Source of the DNA: a bacterium
GTDB lineage: Bacteria; Patescibacteriota; Minisyncoccia; Moranbacterales; UBA2206
Assembly (NCBI GenBank): GCA_029567195.1
Contig: JAKQLJ010000023.1
Span: forward strand, 4,626 to 68,625
Direction: 5' to 3'
Length of the DNA stretch: 64,000 nucleotides
Shown here one piece after another: positions 8,206 to 17,054 of this stretch. The position numbers were made by a program, and so were the translations under genes. Below the pieces are notes generated by a model, which saw only the letters and a list, made by a program, of their open reading frames with translations, ran no database searches and was not told the DNA's origin. Every line of letters begins with the position of its first letter. Within the stretch, counting starts at the first letter, position 1.

Positions 8206-10272
8206 ATGGCCAAAGAAAAGAAAAGTGACAAATTTATCATTGATGTCGTGCCTTTGACGCGCATTCCCCTGACCCGTAATCAGTCTTTTTCGTATTTAAA
8301 TGATAAAAAACTGGCGCCGGGAACTTTGGTGTCTGTCCCGCTTTTCAGAAGGAAATTGGAAGGGATAGTTTTAGGCTCAAGGAGCGATTTTCATAGGCTG
8401 GGAAATATCGAACTCAAAAAAATAGATAAAATCATAGAAGAAAATTTTTTGACCGAGGAACAAATGAAATTGGCACAGTTTATCTCCGACTATTATATTT
8501 CTCCGCTCGGAATAGTGATGAAGGGGTTTGTACCAAAACGTCAAAAAAGAATTAAGAATTATGAATTAAGAATCGAGAATAAAAAAAAGAACATTATTTT
8601 GACAGCTGAACAGCAGAACGCCGTAAATTTAATTTCAAATTTCAAATTTAAAATTTCAAATTTTCTTTTATATGGTCTTTCCGGATCGGGAAAAACGGAA
8701 GTATATATCCATTCGATTATAAAATTAAAAGAAAAAGAAAAAAACTTACAGTTTCTGGTGTTGGTTCCGGAACAAACATTGACGCCGCAAGCTATGGAAC
8801 GCTATGGGGCATATTTTAGCCCTGATGAAATGGTGCTTCTAAGCAGTAATGTTACAAAAGGCCAATATTGGTCAAACTGGCAGAAAATCAAATCGGGCGA
8901 AGCAAAGATAATAATCGGTACCAGAATGGCTGTTTTTGCGCCGTTTAAAAAATTAGGCATGGTTGTGATTGATGAAGAGCAGGATATGTCATATAAGCAA
9001 TGGGATATGAATCCGAGATATGATGCCAGGACTTTGGCTGAAAAAATGGGCGAACTGTACCAGTGTCCCGTGGTTTTCGGTTCGGCTACGCCGAGACTCG
9101 AAAGTTATTATAAAGCCATGAACAAAAATATTAAACTGGTTGAATTGCCCGAATTAGACTTGAAAAATGTTGATTCGCAATTAGTAATTAGTAATTTGGA
9201 AAAAAAGACATCCCGATTACCAATTACCAATAACCAATTACGTTCTATAGAGTTGGTGGATATGCGAAAAGAAAAATGGCAGAAGCCGAAAAATTATTCC
9301 TCTATTTCCAAAAAACTCCAAGGCGAAATTGCCTATGCTCTTAAAAACAAGCAACAAGCCGTTCTTTTCATTAATCGCCAAGGAATGAGCAATTTTTCCG
9401 TGTGTGAGAATTGCAAAACCGTGCTTAGGTGTCCGCGATGTGATCGGGCGCTTATCAAAAGCAACAAGGGAAATTACAAATGTGTTCATTGTGCCCATGA
9501 AACTTCCATTATTCCGGAATGTTCCAAATGTCATGGCATAGCCTTTAAAAACGTCGGACTGGGAACGCAAAAAGTAGAAAAAGAAATCAAAGATATTTTT
9601 CCGGGAGCGAAAATTTTACGCCTTGACAGCGAAGTGGCAAAAAAGAAAAACAGCCAAGAAGAAATTTATGAATCTTTTTCATCCGGTGCGGCGGATATTT
9701 TAATCGGGACACAGATGATTTCCAAGGGATGGGATTTGCCTAACGTTTCTTTAGTTGGTATTATAGATACAGATAATCTGTTTTCTATTCCGGATTTCAG
9801 CGCGGCTGAGAAAGCTTTTGATTATATTTTTCAAGTTTCCGGCAGAACAAGCCGACCTGATGCCAGATTTCCCGGCGTGGTGATCATTCAGACTTTTAAT
9901 CCGGAAAATAAAACAATAAAATGGGCGCAAAGTCGGGATTTTGAATCTTTTTTCAAAAAAGAATTGGAAGAAAGAAAAATTTTGTATCTTCCTCCGTACG
10001 GAAAAATTATTAAGCTCGTAATTCAAGATTTCAATTACAAAAAAGCGGCATCGGCGGCAAATGATGTTTTCAAGATGATTTGCAAACTGTCTTCCGAAAT
10101 TCAAGTGTCAGAACCTCAGGATGCATACGTATCAAAGATAAGAGGAAGATTTAAAAAACAAATCACAATAAAAATAAAATCAAAAAACAAAGCGGTTAAT
10201 AATTTGGTGAAAATATTGAAATCTCTTCCTAATGGGTGGATTATCGATGTTGATCCTATCAGTATTATATAA
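8206..10272 (+). CDS. priA: Primosomal protein N' (replication restart helicase)
   Basis: GLSGSGKTEVY, DEEQD, GSATP, four CxxC pairs, GTQMISKGWD, QVSGR; priA-def-fmt synteny. Confidence 0.95.
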   Translation: MAKEKKSDKFIIDVVPLTRIPLTRNQSFSYLNDKKLAPGTLVSVPLFRRKLEGIVLGSRSDFHRLGNIELKKIDKIIEENFLTEEQMKLAQFISDYYISPLGIVMKGFVPKRQKRIKNYELRIENKKKNIILTAEQQNAVNLISNFKFKISNFLLYGLSGSGKTEVYIHSIIKLKEKEKNLQFLVLVPEQTLTPQAMERYGAYFSPDEMVLLSSNVTKGQYWSNWQKIKSGEAKIIIGTRMAVFAPFKKLGMVVIDEEQDMSYKQWDMNPRYDARTLAEKMGELYQCPVVFGSATPRLESYYKAMNKNIKLVELPELDLKNVDSQLVISNLEKKTSRLPITNNQLRSIELVDMRKEKWQKPKNYSSISKKLQGEIAYALKNKQQAVLFINRQGMSNFSVCENCKTVLRCPRCDRALIKSNKGNYKCVHCAHETSIIPECSKCHGIAFKNVGLGTQKVEKEIKDIFPGAKILRLDSEVAKKKNSQEEIYESFSSGAADILIGTQMISKGWDLPNVSLVGIIDTDNLFSIPDFSAAEKAFDYIFQVSGRTSRPDARFPGVVIIQTFNPENKTIKWAQSRDFESFFKKELEERKILYLPPYGKIIKLVIQDFNYKKAASAANDVFKMICKLSSEIQVSEPQDAYVSKIRGRFKKQITIKIKSKNKAVNNLVKILKSLPNGWIIDVDPISII

Positions 10273-10275
10273 TTT

Positions 10276-10725
10276 ATGAACCTACCTATTCTTACCTATC
10301 CCAACGATATCCTAAGAAAAAAAGCTGAAGAAATTAAGGATCCTAAAGATCCGGAAATAAAACAGCTTATTTTAGATATGATTGAGACAATGGAAAAAAG
10401 CGGCAACGCTCTTGGTCTGGCGGCTCCTCAAGTGGGAAAAATGGTGCGTCTTTGCATTATTAAACTGGAAGGAAAAACCCATATCCTTGTTAATCCGGTG
10501 ATTAAATCAAAATCCATAAGAAAGGAAATGGCAGAAGAAGGTTGTCTTTCTTTTCCGGGAAAATTCATTCCCATTAAAAGATCTAAGAAAGTTACGGTAA
10601 AATTGGTTAACAGGCACGGAGAAAAAATTACTATCAAGGCTGAAGGACTCCTTGCCCGCGCTTTCCAGCACGAAATTGATCATCTGGACGGCTTGCTTAT
10701 TATTGACAAGGAAAATAAAAATTAA
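10276..10725 (+). CDS. def: Peptide deformylase
   Basis: GLAAPQVG, EGCLS, QHEIDHLDG. Confidence 0.97.
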   Translation: MNLPILTYPNDILRKKAEEIKDPKDPEIKQLILDMIETMEKSGNALGLAAPQVGKMVRLCIIKLEGKTHILVNPVIKSKSIRKEMAEEGCLSFPGKFIPIKRSKKVTVKLVNRHGEKITIKAEGLLARAFQHEIDHLDGLLIIDKENKN

Positions 10726-10736
10726 TTTATCCAAAA

Positions 10737-11699
10737 ATGAACAAAGATCCTTTGAAAATAAGTATTGTCTTCATGGGCACGTCGTCTTTTGCAGAAACGA
10801 TTTTGCGTTCATTGGTTTCGTCTAAATATAATGTTAAGGCTGTTTATACCCAGGGGGATAAAAAAACCGGCAGAAACCAAGAAATTGGCCAGTCGCCGGT
10901 TAAAATAACTGCCGAAGGTTATAAAATACCCGTTTTGGAGCCGAAAAATTTTGATGAAATCGCAACGGCTGAACTGGAATCATTGAATCCGGATTTAATC
11001 ATCGTGGCCGCTTATGGCAAAATTTTACCCAGAAAAATTTTAGAGATTCCTCAATTCGGCTCTATCAATGTTCACGCTTCCATCTTGCCAAAATTTCGCG
11101 GACCGTCTCCTATCCAAAACGCCCTTCTTTATGGTGAAAAGGAAACAGGCGTTACTTTTATGCTGATGGATGAAGGAATAGACACCGGGGATATTTTGTT
11201 TCAGGAAGAAATAAAAATCGGAAAAGATGATACTTATCCGGAATTGTCCCAAAAATTAGCCGAAGCTTCTTCCCGATTAATTTTGGAAGTTATCCCTCAA
11301 TGGATAGAGAAAAAGATAAAACCTCAGAGTCAGGATAATTCAAAGGCGACGATTTGCCAGCTTATCGAAAGACAGGATGGTAAAGTAAATTGGGACAGTG
11401 AAGCGCAGGAAATTTATAATCGCTACCGGGCTTTTTATCCTTGGCCGGGAATTTACACCTTTTGGAAAAGGAAGGATTCATATTTGAGGCTTAAGCTTAA
11501 TAAGATAAGCCATATTGCTTCTAATCCCGAATCAAAACATCACCTTGGAGAAGTTTTTTCCGTTAGCGACAAGATAGGCGTGCAAACTGCAGAAGGGTTG
11601 ATTATCATTGAAGAATTGCAGATGGAAGGAAAACCCAATTCTAAAGTAAATGATTTTATCAATGGCTATTCTGACTTTGTCGGTGCGTTATTAAAATAA
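10737..11699 (+). CDS. fmt: Methionyl-tRNA formyltransferase
   Basis: VFMGTSSFA, VAAYGKILP, INVHASILPKFRGPSPIQ, MDEGIDTGD. Confidence 0.96.
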   Translation: MNKDPLKISIVFMGTSSFAETILRSLVSSKYNVKAVYTQGDKKTGRNQEIGQSPVKITAEGYKIPVLEPKNFDEIATAELESLNPDLIIVAAYGKILPRKILEIPQFGSINVHASILPKFRGPSPIQNALLYGEKETGVTFMLMDEGIDTGDILFQEEIKIGKDDTYPELSQKLAEASSRLILEVIPQWIEKKIKPQSQDNSKATICQLIERQDGKVNWDSEAQEIYNRYRAFYPWPGIYTFWKRKDSYLRLKLNKISHIASNPESKHHLGEVFSVSDKIGVQTAEGLIIIEELQMEGKPNSKVNDFINGYSDFVGALLK

Positions 11700-11703
11700 A
11701 AAA

Positions 11704-12531
11704 ATGAAAAAAAGATCAGCCGATTCCAGCAATATGCTTCCTATATTTATAGGCCTTTTTTTGATAATTTTAGTTATCATCATAAGCTTTGCCCGCCCTT
11801 ACATCTTTCCTTCCAAAGAAGAAGTGGTTGTCAAAAAAACAAGTGGCACGGGAGAAAAAGAAAATAAATCAAAACAGATTCTCAGCAAAGACTTGGCGGA
11901 TAAGATTGCTAAAAATGAAGAACTGACCGTAATCGACATAAGGGATATGGAAACTTTTTATGCCGAGCACATAATCGATTCTCTTAATGTTCCCTCTTCC
12001 GATTTGGCGGAAGCCATTGCCAGTTTGGACAAAAATAAAACATATGTTTTTGTTGACGACGTTCAGGATCCGCAAATTTCCGAGTTGGTGGGAAAGGTGT
12101 TGCCGGAAAACGGGATAAACAATGCCTATTATTTGGTAGGCGGATTTTATGCCTGGAGAAATCAGGGCAATCGCACCATTTCTGACGGCGATCCGACATC
12201 TTTTACCGAACAGTCCAAGGTCAAATACATCAAGACCGACGATTTGAAAAAGATGCTGGATGAAAATCAGGATATTTATATTATTGATGTCAGAAAACCA
12301 AATGCTTTTTCCGAAGGACATATCAAAAATGCGGTAAATATTTTTCTGAATGATTTGGAAAAAAAGAGAAACGATCTTCCGATGGGAAAGAAAATAGTCG
12401 TTTATGACAATGACGGACTTTGGGCTTTCAAGGCCGCCACTCGCCTTTTTGATCTGGGAGTGTTCAATGTGGTGGCTCTTTCAGACGGGTTCAACGCCTG
12501 GAAAGAAAAGCAGTGGGAAGTGGTAAAATAA
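11704..12531 (+). CDS. Membrane-anchored tandem rhodanese-like protein
   Basis: N-terminal TM; two domains IDIR...HIIDSLNVP...GGFYAW and IDVR...GHIKNAVNI...DGFNAW. Confidence 0.85.
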   Translation: MKKRSADSSNMLPIFIGLFLIILVIIISFARPYIFPSKEEVVVKKTSGTGEKENKSKQILSKDLADKIAKNEELTVIDIRDMETFYAEHIIDSLNVPSSDLAEAIASLDKNKTYVFVDDVQDPQISELVGKVLPENGINNAYYLVGGFYAWRNQGNRTISDGDPTSFTEQSKVKYIKTDDLKKMLDENQDIYIIDVRKPNAFSEGHIKNAVNIFLNDLEKKRNDLPMGKKIVVYDNDGLWAFKAATRLFDLGVFNVVALSDGFNAWKEKQWEVVK

Positions 12532-12564
12532 TTTTTTATTATTCAAATTATTTTTTTAAAAAAT

Positions 12565-12600
12565 AAAAAACCTCTCCGTTTAGTCGGGAGAGATTTTTTT
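12565..12600. terminator. Bidirectional intrinsic terminator between convergent genes
   Basis: A-run, CTCTCCG-loop-CGGGAGAG, T-run. Confidence 0.65.
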
Positions 12601-12615
12601 ATTTTCGAAAGATTC

Positions 12616-12897
12616 TTATTCTACAACAGCCAAGATGTCTTCATTTTTCAAAATAATATAATCTTTTTCCTCAATTTTTATTTCTGATCCGCTATATTTG
12701 GCAAATATTATCTTTTGTCCCTTTTTCACCTTTATTTTGTTGCTGTCGCCAATGCCTATCACTTTTCCCTGCTGAGGCCGGTCAGGAGTGGCTGTTTCCG
12801 GAAGAACCAAGCCGGATTTGGTTTTAGTTTGCTCTTTTACGGTTTCAACCAGAACATTTTCTCCCAAAGGACGGATTTTTTGCGCTTCTTTTTTCAT
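12616..12897 (-). CDS. groES: Co-chaperonin GroES
   Basis: IRPLGENVLV, KTKSGLVLPETA, FAKYSGSEIK, EDILAVVE. Confidence 0.93.
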   Translation of the reverse strand: MKKEAQKIRPLGENVLVETVKEQTKTKSGLVLPETATPDRPQQGKVIGIGDSNKIKVKKGQKIIFAKYSGSEIKIEEKDYIILKNEDILAVVE

Positions 12898-12956
12898 ATT
12901 TTTATACTTTCCTAAAAACTTTGCAAAATTCGGCTTTTAGGATTATTTAAAAATTA

Positions 12957-13673
12957 TTAATTATTTTGTGGTGGGCAATCTCGACCATTAGCATCAAGAT
13001 TGATATAAGAATAAAGGAAAATGGCCTGAGAAGCAAAAACTTTCAATATTTCCACATTTTTTGGATTTTTTTCCTCATTTTCATCATAATCGCTGATAAT
13101 CAGAAATCCCCGAATGTTATTAATTTTTTGGGAAGTGGCAATGACTATATAACCTTTGTTCTTTTTTACGGTTTTATCATCACCCAACTCGATAAGCTCT
13201 TCATTTTTAACCAAGTGATGCTTCCCATCCATTTTTATCTCTTTGGTTGTTCTTCCGTTTTTAATGTTGATGAATCTTAAACAGGTGCTTTCGGCTTTAA
13301 GCAGGAAATTGGCGGCAGTTATTATGGATTCGTATATTTCTCTTTCTCTTTTTTTGCTGAGAATTGACCGATCAGAAAGACCAAGGGCTATATTCATTAG
13401 CATATCCATCTTGCGGTTTACCTCCCCGATGTAGCTGTAAGATTCTACCAAATCCTTTACGGTCTGGTCAATCCGCTTCTGGTCTCTTTCTCGCGCTTTT
13501 CGATGAAAGATCAGTTGAAGCTCGTTTCTGATAAAAACCAAAAAAGCCAAGCCGCCCATTAAAAAAATAGCCACCTCTTCTGCCCGCTCTTCCGCCAGGA
13601 AATTTACATCCCCCCGGATTATATCGGGAATCAGAACCGCTATTATGAATATTATAAGAAAAATCCAATACAT
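12957..13673 (-). CDS. Two-TM membrane protein with possible GAF-like C-terminal domain
   Basis: Two hydrophobic segments, coiled linker, GFLIISD...EILKVFASQA resembling a GAF C-terminus. Confidence 0.55.
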   Translation of the reverse strand: MYWIFLIIFIIAVLIPDIIRGDVNFLAEERAEEVAIFLMGGLAFLVFIRNELQLIFHRKARERDQKRIDQTVKDLVESYSYIGEVNRKMDMLMNIALGLSDRSILSKKREREIYESIITAANFLLKAESTCLRFINIKNGRTTKEIKMDGKHHLVKNEELIELGDDKTVKKNKGYIVIATSQKINNIRGFLIISDYDENEEKNPKNVEILKVFASQAIFLYSYINLDANGRDCPPQNN

Positions 13674-13687
13674 ATCTCCTTTTCTGT

Positions 13688-13903
13688 TTAGTTATTTTGC
13701 GGAATTTCGGCTATCTGAACTTTCCTTTTTTTGGAAAACAAAAATATATAAAGAATCTCCAGTATGCCTAATGTGTTTATAATCAGCATAACTATAAACC
13801 AAATCCTTTCTCCTCTTCTGGCGGAGCGCCAAAGAGCCACTCCTTTCCATGGAATAGTCCAAAGAACAGCCAAAATTATAATATAAAAATCATTACCTGT
13901 CAT
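13688..13903 (-). CDS. DUF5652-family small membrane protein
   Basis: LWTIPWKGVALWRSARRGERIWFIVMLIINTLGILEILYIF. Confidence 0.8.
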   Translation of the reverse strand: MTGNDFYIIILAVLWTIPWKGVALWRSARRGERIWFIVMLIINTLGILEILYIFLFSKKRKVQIAEIPQNN

Positions 13904-13915
13904 TATTGTTTGCAA

Positions 13916-14290
13916 TTATTTCTTTAGGATATCTAAAATTTTATCGATCTTATCTTTTTCCAGTTTTTCGATCTGGGCTTGTATCTGCTCAATTTCTCTT
14001 TCCGCTTTCCTGTCGGTAGACAGGTCTATTTCAAACTTTTTTCTATCCCGCTCGGCTGCCCTATTTTGGCTCATAAGAATGATGGGGGCAGTATAAGCCG
14101 ATTGAACGCCAAGTACTAAATTAAGAAGGATGAAAGGATATGGATCCCAATGGTCGATTATGGCAATGATATTAAAAATCACCCAAGTGATGACAATAGC
14201 GCTTTGAATGAGTATAAACTTCCAACTGCCGACAATTTCAGCTATTCTGTCGGCGGCCAGCTGTCCTTTTGTTGGTTTGTTGTTTCCCAT
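13916..14290 (-). CDS. DUF1003 membrane protein
   Basis: ADRIAEIVGSWKF, WDPYPFILLNL, APIILMSQNR. Confidence 0.88.
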   Translation of the reverse strand: MGNNKPTKGQLAADRIAEIVGSWKFILIQSAIVITWVIFNIIAIIDHWDPYPFILLNLVLGVQSAYTAPIILMSQNRAAERDRKKFEIDLSTDRKAEREIEQIQAQIEKLEKDKIDKILDILKK

Positions 14291-14330
14291 AAATCTATTA
14301 TAACATCACTGATAAAAATTTCAAACAACT

Positions 14331-15290
14331 TTATTTTTCAGTTAATTTTATAAAAATTGATTTTATTTTTTCCAGACTTTCCCAATCATGGATGGAAGAA
14401 ATAAAAATGTCGCGGTTGATTTTTTTCATCTCCTTTTCTTTTTTGACTATTTCTTTCGGATTTATAGTGTCTGATTTGGTGAGAATGATAATTTCCTTTT
14501 TTTTGCCGAGTTCGGCGCTGTATTCCTCAAGTTCCCGCCTGATGGTTTCGTAATCTTTTTTTAGATCAGATGCTTCCAGGCTTATGCAATGGGCTAATAT
14601 TTTTGTCCTCTGGATGTGGCGTAAAAATTTTATTCCCAATCCTTTTCCCAAGGAGGCTCCTTCAATAAGGCCGGGAATATCGGCGATAATTATATTCTCC
14701 AGAGTTCCTAAATTTGGCTCAAGCGTAGTGAATGGATAGCCGGCTACCCGAACGTCAGCTTTGGTCAGTTCATTTAAAAGACTGGATTTTCCGGCGTTAG
14801 GCAAACCGATAAGTCCGATATCGGCAATAAGGCGTAGTTCCAAAACGAAATTAAAAGCTTCTCCCGACTTTCCTTTTTCAAATTCCTTGGGCGTAGTGTT
14901 TGTTGAAGAGCGGAAATAAAAATTTCCTCTTCCGCCAATGCCGCCCTTGGCCGCCAAAACCCGTTGTCCTACTTTTGTTATGTCGATCTTTTTTCCAGTT
15001 TCCAAATTATGGGCCAAAGTGCCGATAGGGACGGCGAGAATGATATCTTTTCCGTTGTATCCGTCTTTCCTGTCGCTTTTTCCTTTTTGCCCGTCTTGGG
15101 CCCAGTGTTCTTTTTTGTGCCTGTATTTGTTAAGTGCGGCCAGATTGGAAACACCTTCAAAATAGACGTTGCCGCCGTTTCCGCCTCTTCCGCCGGTAGG
15201 ACCAAGACTCATTTTTATCTTATCGAAGGTGACGATGCCGTCTCCCCCTTTTCCGGCCATTATTTTAATTTTTGCTTCATCGGTCAGCAT
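14331..15290 (-). CDS. obgE: Obg-family GTPase (no C-terminal OCT domain)
   Basis: AGKGGDG, GGRGGNGG, GLPNAGKSSL, YPFTTLEPNLG, DIPGLIEGAS, TKSD. Confidence 0.93.
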   Translation of the reverse strand: MLTDEAKIKIMAGKGGDGIVTFDKIKMSLGPTGGRGGNGGNVYFEGVSNLAALNKYRHKKEHWAQDGQKGKSDRKDGYNGKDIILAVPIGTLAHNLETGKKIDITKVGQRVLAAKGGIGGRGNFYFRSSTNTTPKEFEKGKSGEAFNFVLELRLIADIGLIGLPNAGKSSLLNELTKADVRVAGYPFTTLEPNLGTLENIIIADIPGLIEGASLGKGLGIKFLRHIQRTKILAHCISLEASDLKKDYETIRRELEEYSAELGKKKEIIILTKSDTINPKEIVKKEKEMKKINRDIFISSIHDWESLEKIKSIFIKLTEK

Positions 15291-15402
15291 AAAAATAAAT
15301 CAAAAAATTAGCATCTAAAAATCAAAATTACAAAAATTAAGATTTTAAAGTAGTTTTATCATAATAAAACAAATAAAATAAGATGTCAATGATTTGTAAA
15401 AT

Positions 15403-15446
15403 AAAAAAAATCCAGACAATTGTCGTCGAGGCGACAGTTGTCTGGA
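15403..15446 (-). terminator. Intrinsic terminator of the small Cys-rich ORF
   Basis: TCCAGACAATTGTCG/CGACAGTTGTCTGGA stem with U-tract on the minus strand. Confidence 0.75.
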
Positions 15447-15453
15447 GTTTAGC

Positions 15454-15624
15454 CTATCCGGCGTGGCAGTGATTCGACACTTTCTTGGTAGCATCTTCAT
15501 CTAGCAGGGATGCTCCACACTGGTCGCAACATTTGCCGTTGGTGTGGATTCCATTAAGTTTCCATTTTCCTGTCTTTGGACAAAAACAGAGATCTCCATT
15601 AAAACGGTGAACATCATCTTTCAT
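15454..15624 (-). CDS. Small Cys/His-rich hypothetical protein (possible Zn ribbon), 56 aa
   Basis: AAGGAG SD before ATG 15624; CFCP...CCDQCG; own terminator. Confidence 0.55.
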   Translation of the reverse strand: MKDDVHRFNGDLCFCPKTGKWKLNGIHTNGKCCDQCGASLLDEDATKKVSNHCHAG

Positions 15625-15694
15625 TGGTCGCTCCTTTTTGATCAATGGTTTACTCGCTTTTTCAAAAAAGCAGATATTTAATTATTTTTATTAC

Positions 15695-15943
15695 CTATTT
15701 TTCGCCTTTTTCCGGCACCGGATCGTATCCCCCGTCATTCCAAGGGTGGCATCGGGCAATTCTTTTCAGTCCCAGCCAGCCGCCCTTTAGGGCGCCAAAA
15801 CGATTGATGGCTTCATAGGTATATTGACTGCAACTCGGGTGAAATCGGCAAAACCTTTCCGAAGTTATATAAGACAAAGGGCCATGATCAAGCGACAGTG
15901 TTTTCTGATATATCTTAATTAGAGCCAACAAAATCTTTTTCAT
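15695..15943 (-). CDS. yidD: Membrane protein insertion efficiency factor
   Basis: [37 protein letters not shown]. Confidence 0.93.
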   Translation of the reverse strand: MKKILLALIKIYQKTLSLDHGPLSYITSERFCRFHPSCSQYTYEAINRFGALKGGWLGLKRIARCHPWNDGGYDPVPEKGEK

Positions 15944-16076
15944 AAATGCCTATAATTAGTCTATTTAAATACACTATTTCTTTTTTGTCAAATAAAAATA
16001 ATCCTGATATAATAAGGCTATAAAAATAAAGATAAAAAAATCGTCACGATTTAAAGCGGTTTTAATTCGTGATTAT

Positions 16077-16997
16077 TTGCTAATTGTTATGCGAACAGTA
16101 AAATCAGACAAAATTAAATGGCTTTATATCAAAGAGCCTAATGCTGACGATATTTTAACAATACAAAAACAATTCAACCTTCATCCTTTGGTGGTGGAAG
16201 AATTTTCCACTCCCACTCTCCGTCCAAAGGCGGCTGAATACGACGGATGTCTGTATCTGGCTATTCACATTCCCCTCTTTGACACTGACAATCGGACCAC
16301 TTATCCGGCAGAAATTGACATTGTGGTTTGCGACGGCACGCTGATCACCGCTCACGACAAGGACATTTACCAGCTTACGGAATTTTTTGAAGCTTTAAAA
16401 AAGGATAAAAAGAAGCGCGATTTCTATATGGGAAACAGCGTCGGGTCTCTTTTGCATTATATTATCGAAATGCTTTTGGAATCTTGTTTTCCCAAACTTG
16501 ATCACATTTCCCAGAAATTGGACCAAATTGAAGATGAAATTTTTGCCGGGCATGAAAAGGAGATGGTTTTTGAAATTTCACTGGTCAAAAGGGATGTTTT
16601 GAATTTCAGAAGAACGATGAAGCCGCAAAAAACCGTTTTTGAATCGTTGGCTTTTAAGGATTATAAATTTATTGATTCGAGTCTCAAGCCATACTATCAG
16701 GATTTGACTGGCACCAATGTCCGTATCTGGAATACTTTGGAAAGCAACAAGGAAACCATTGAATCTCTGGAAGCCACCAATAATTCTCTGCTTTCTAACA
16801 AACTGGATATGACCATGAAAGTTTTGACTATTTTTTCAGCAGTCTTGCTTCCCCTTACCGTTTATTCTAATATTCTAGCGATGAGCGCCAGCATTCCTTT
16901 TGGGAACAATCCCAATGGGTTCTGGATCCATATGTCCATAATGCTTGTCTTGGGTCTTATTACAATCACCGTATTTAAAATTAAGAAATGGCTTTAA
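16077..16997 (+). CDS. corA: CorA-family divalent cation transporter
   Basis: FNLHPLVVEE, RPKAAEY, MKVLTIFS..LPLT, two C-terminal TMs; GMN signature appears as AMS. Confidence 0.85.
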   Translation: MLIVMRTVKSDKIKWLYIKEPNADDILTIQKQFNLHPLVVEEFSTPTLRPKAAEYDGCLYLAIHIPLFDTDNRTTYPAEIDIVVCDGTLITAHDKDIYQLTEFFEALKKDKKKRDFYMGNSVGSLLHYIIEMLLESCFPKLDHISQKLDQIEDEIFAGHEKEMVFEISLVKRDVLNFRRTMKPQKTVFESLAFKDYKFIDSSLKPYYQDLTGTNVRIWNTLESNKETIESLEATNNSLLSNKLDMTMKVLTIFSAVLLPLTVYSNILAMSASIPFGNNPNGFWIHMSIMLVLGLITITVFKIKKWL

Positions 16998-17054
16998 CAA
17001 AATATAAAATACAGGTGTAAAAATTGGCTTTTTTATGCCGCATAATCTGATTTT

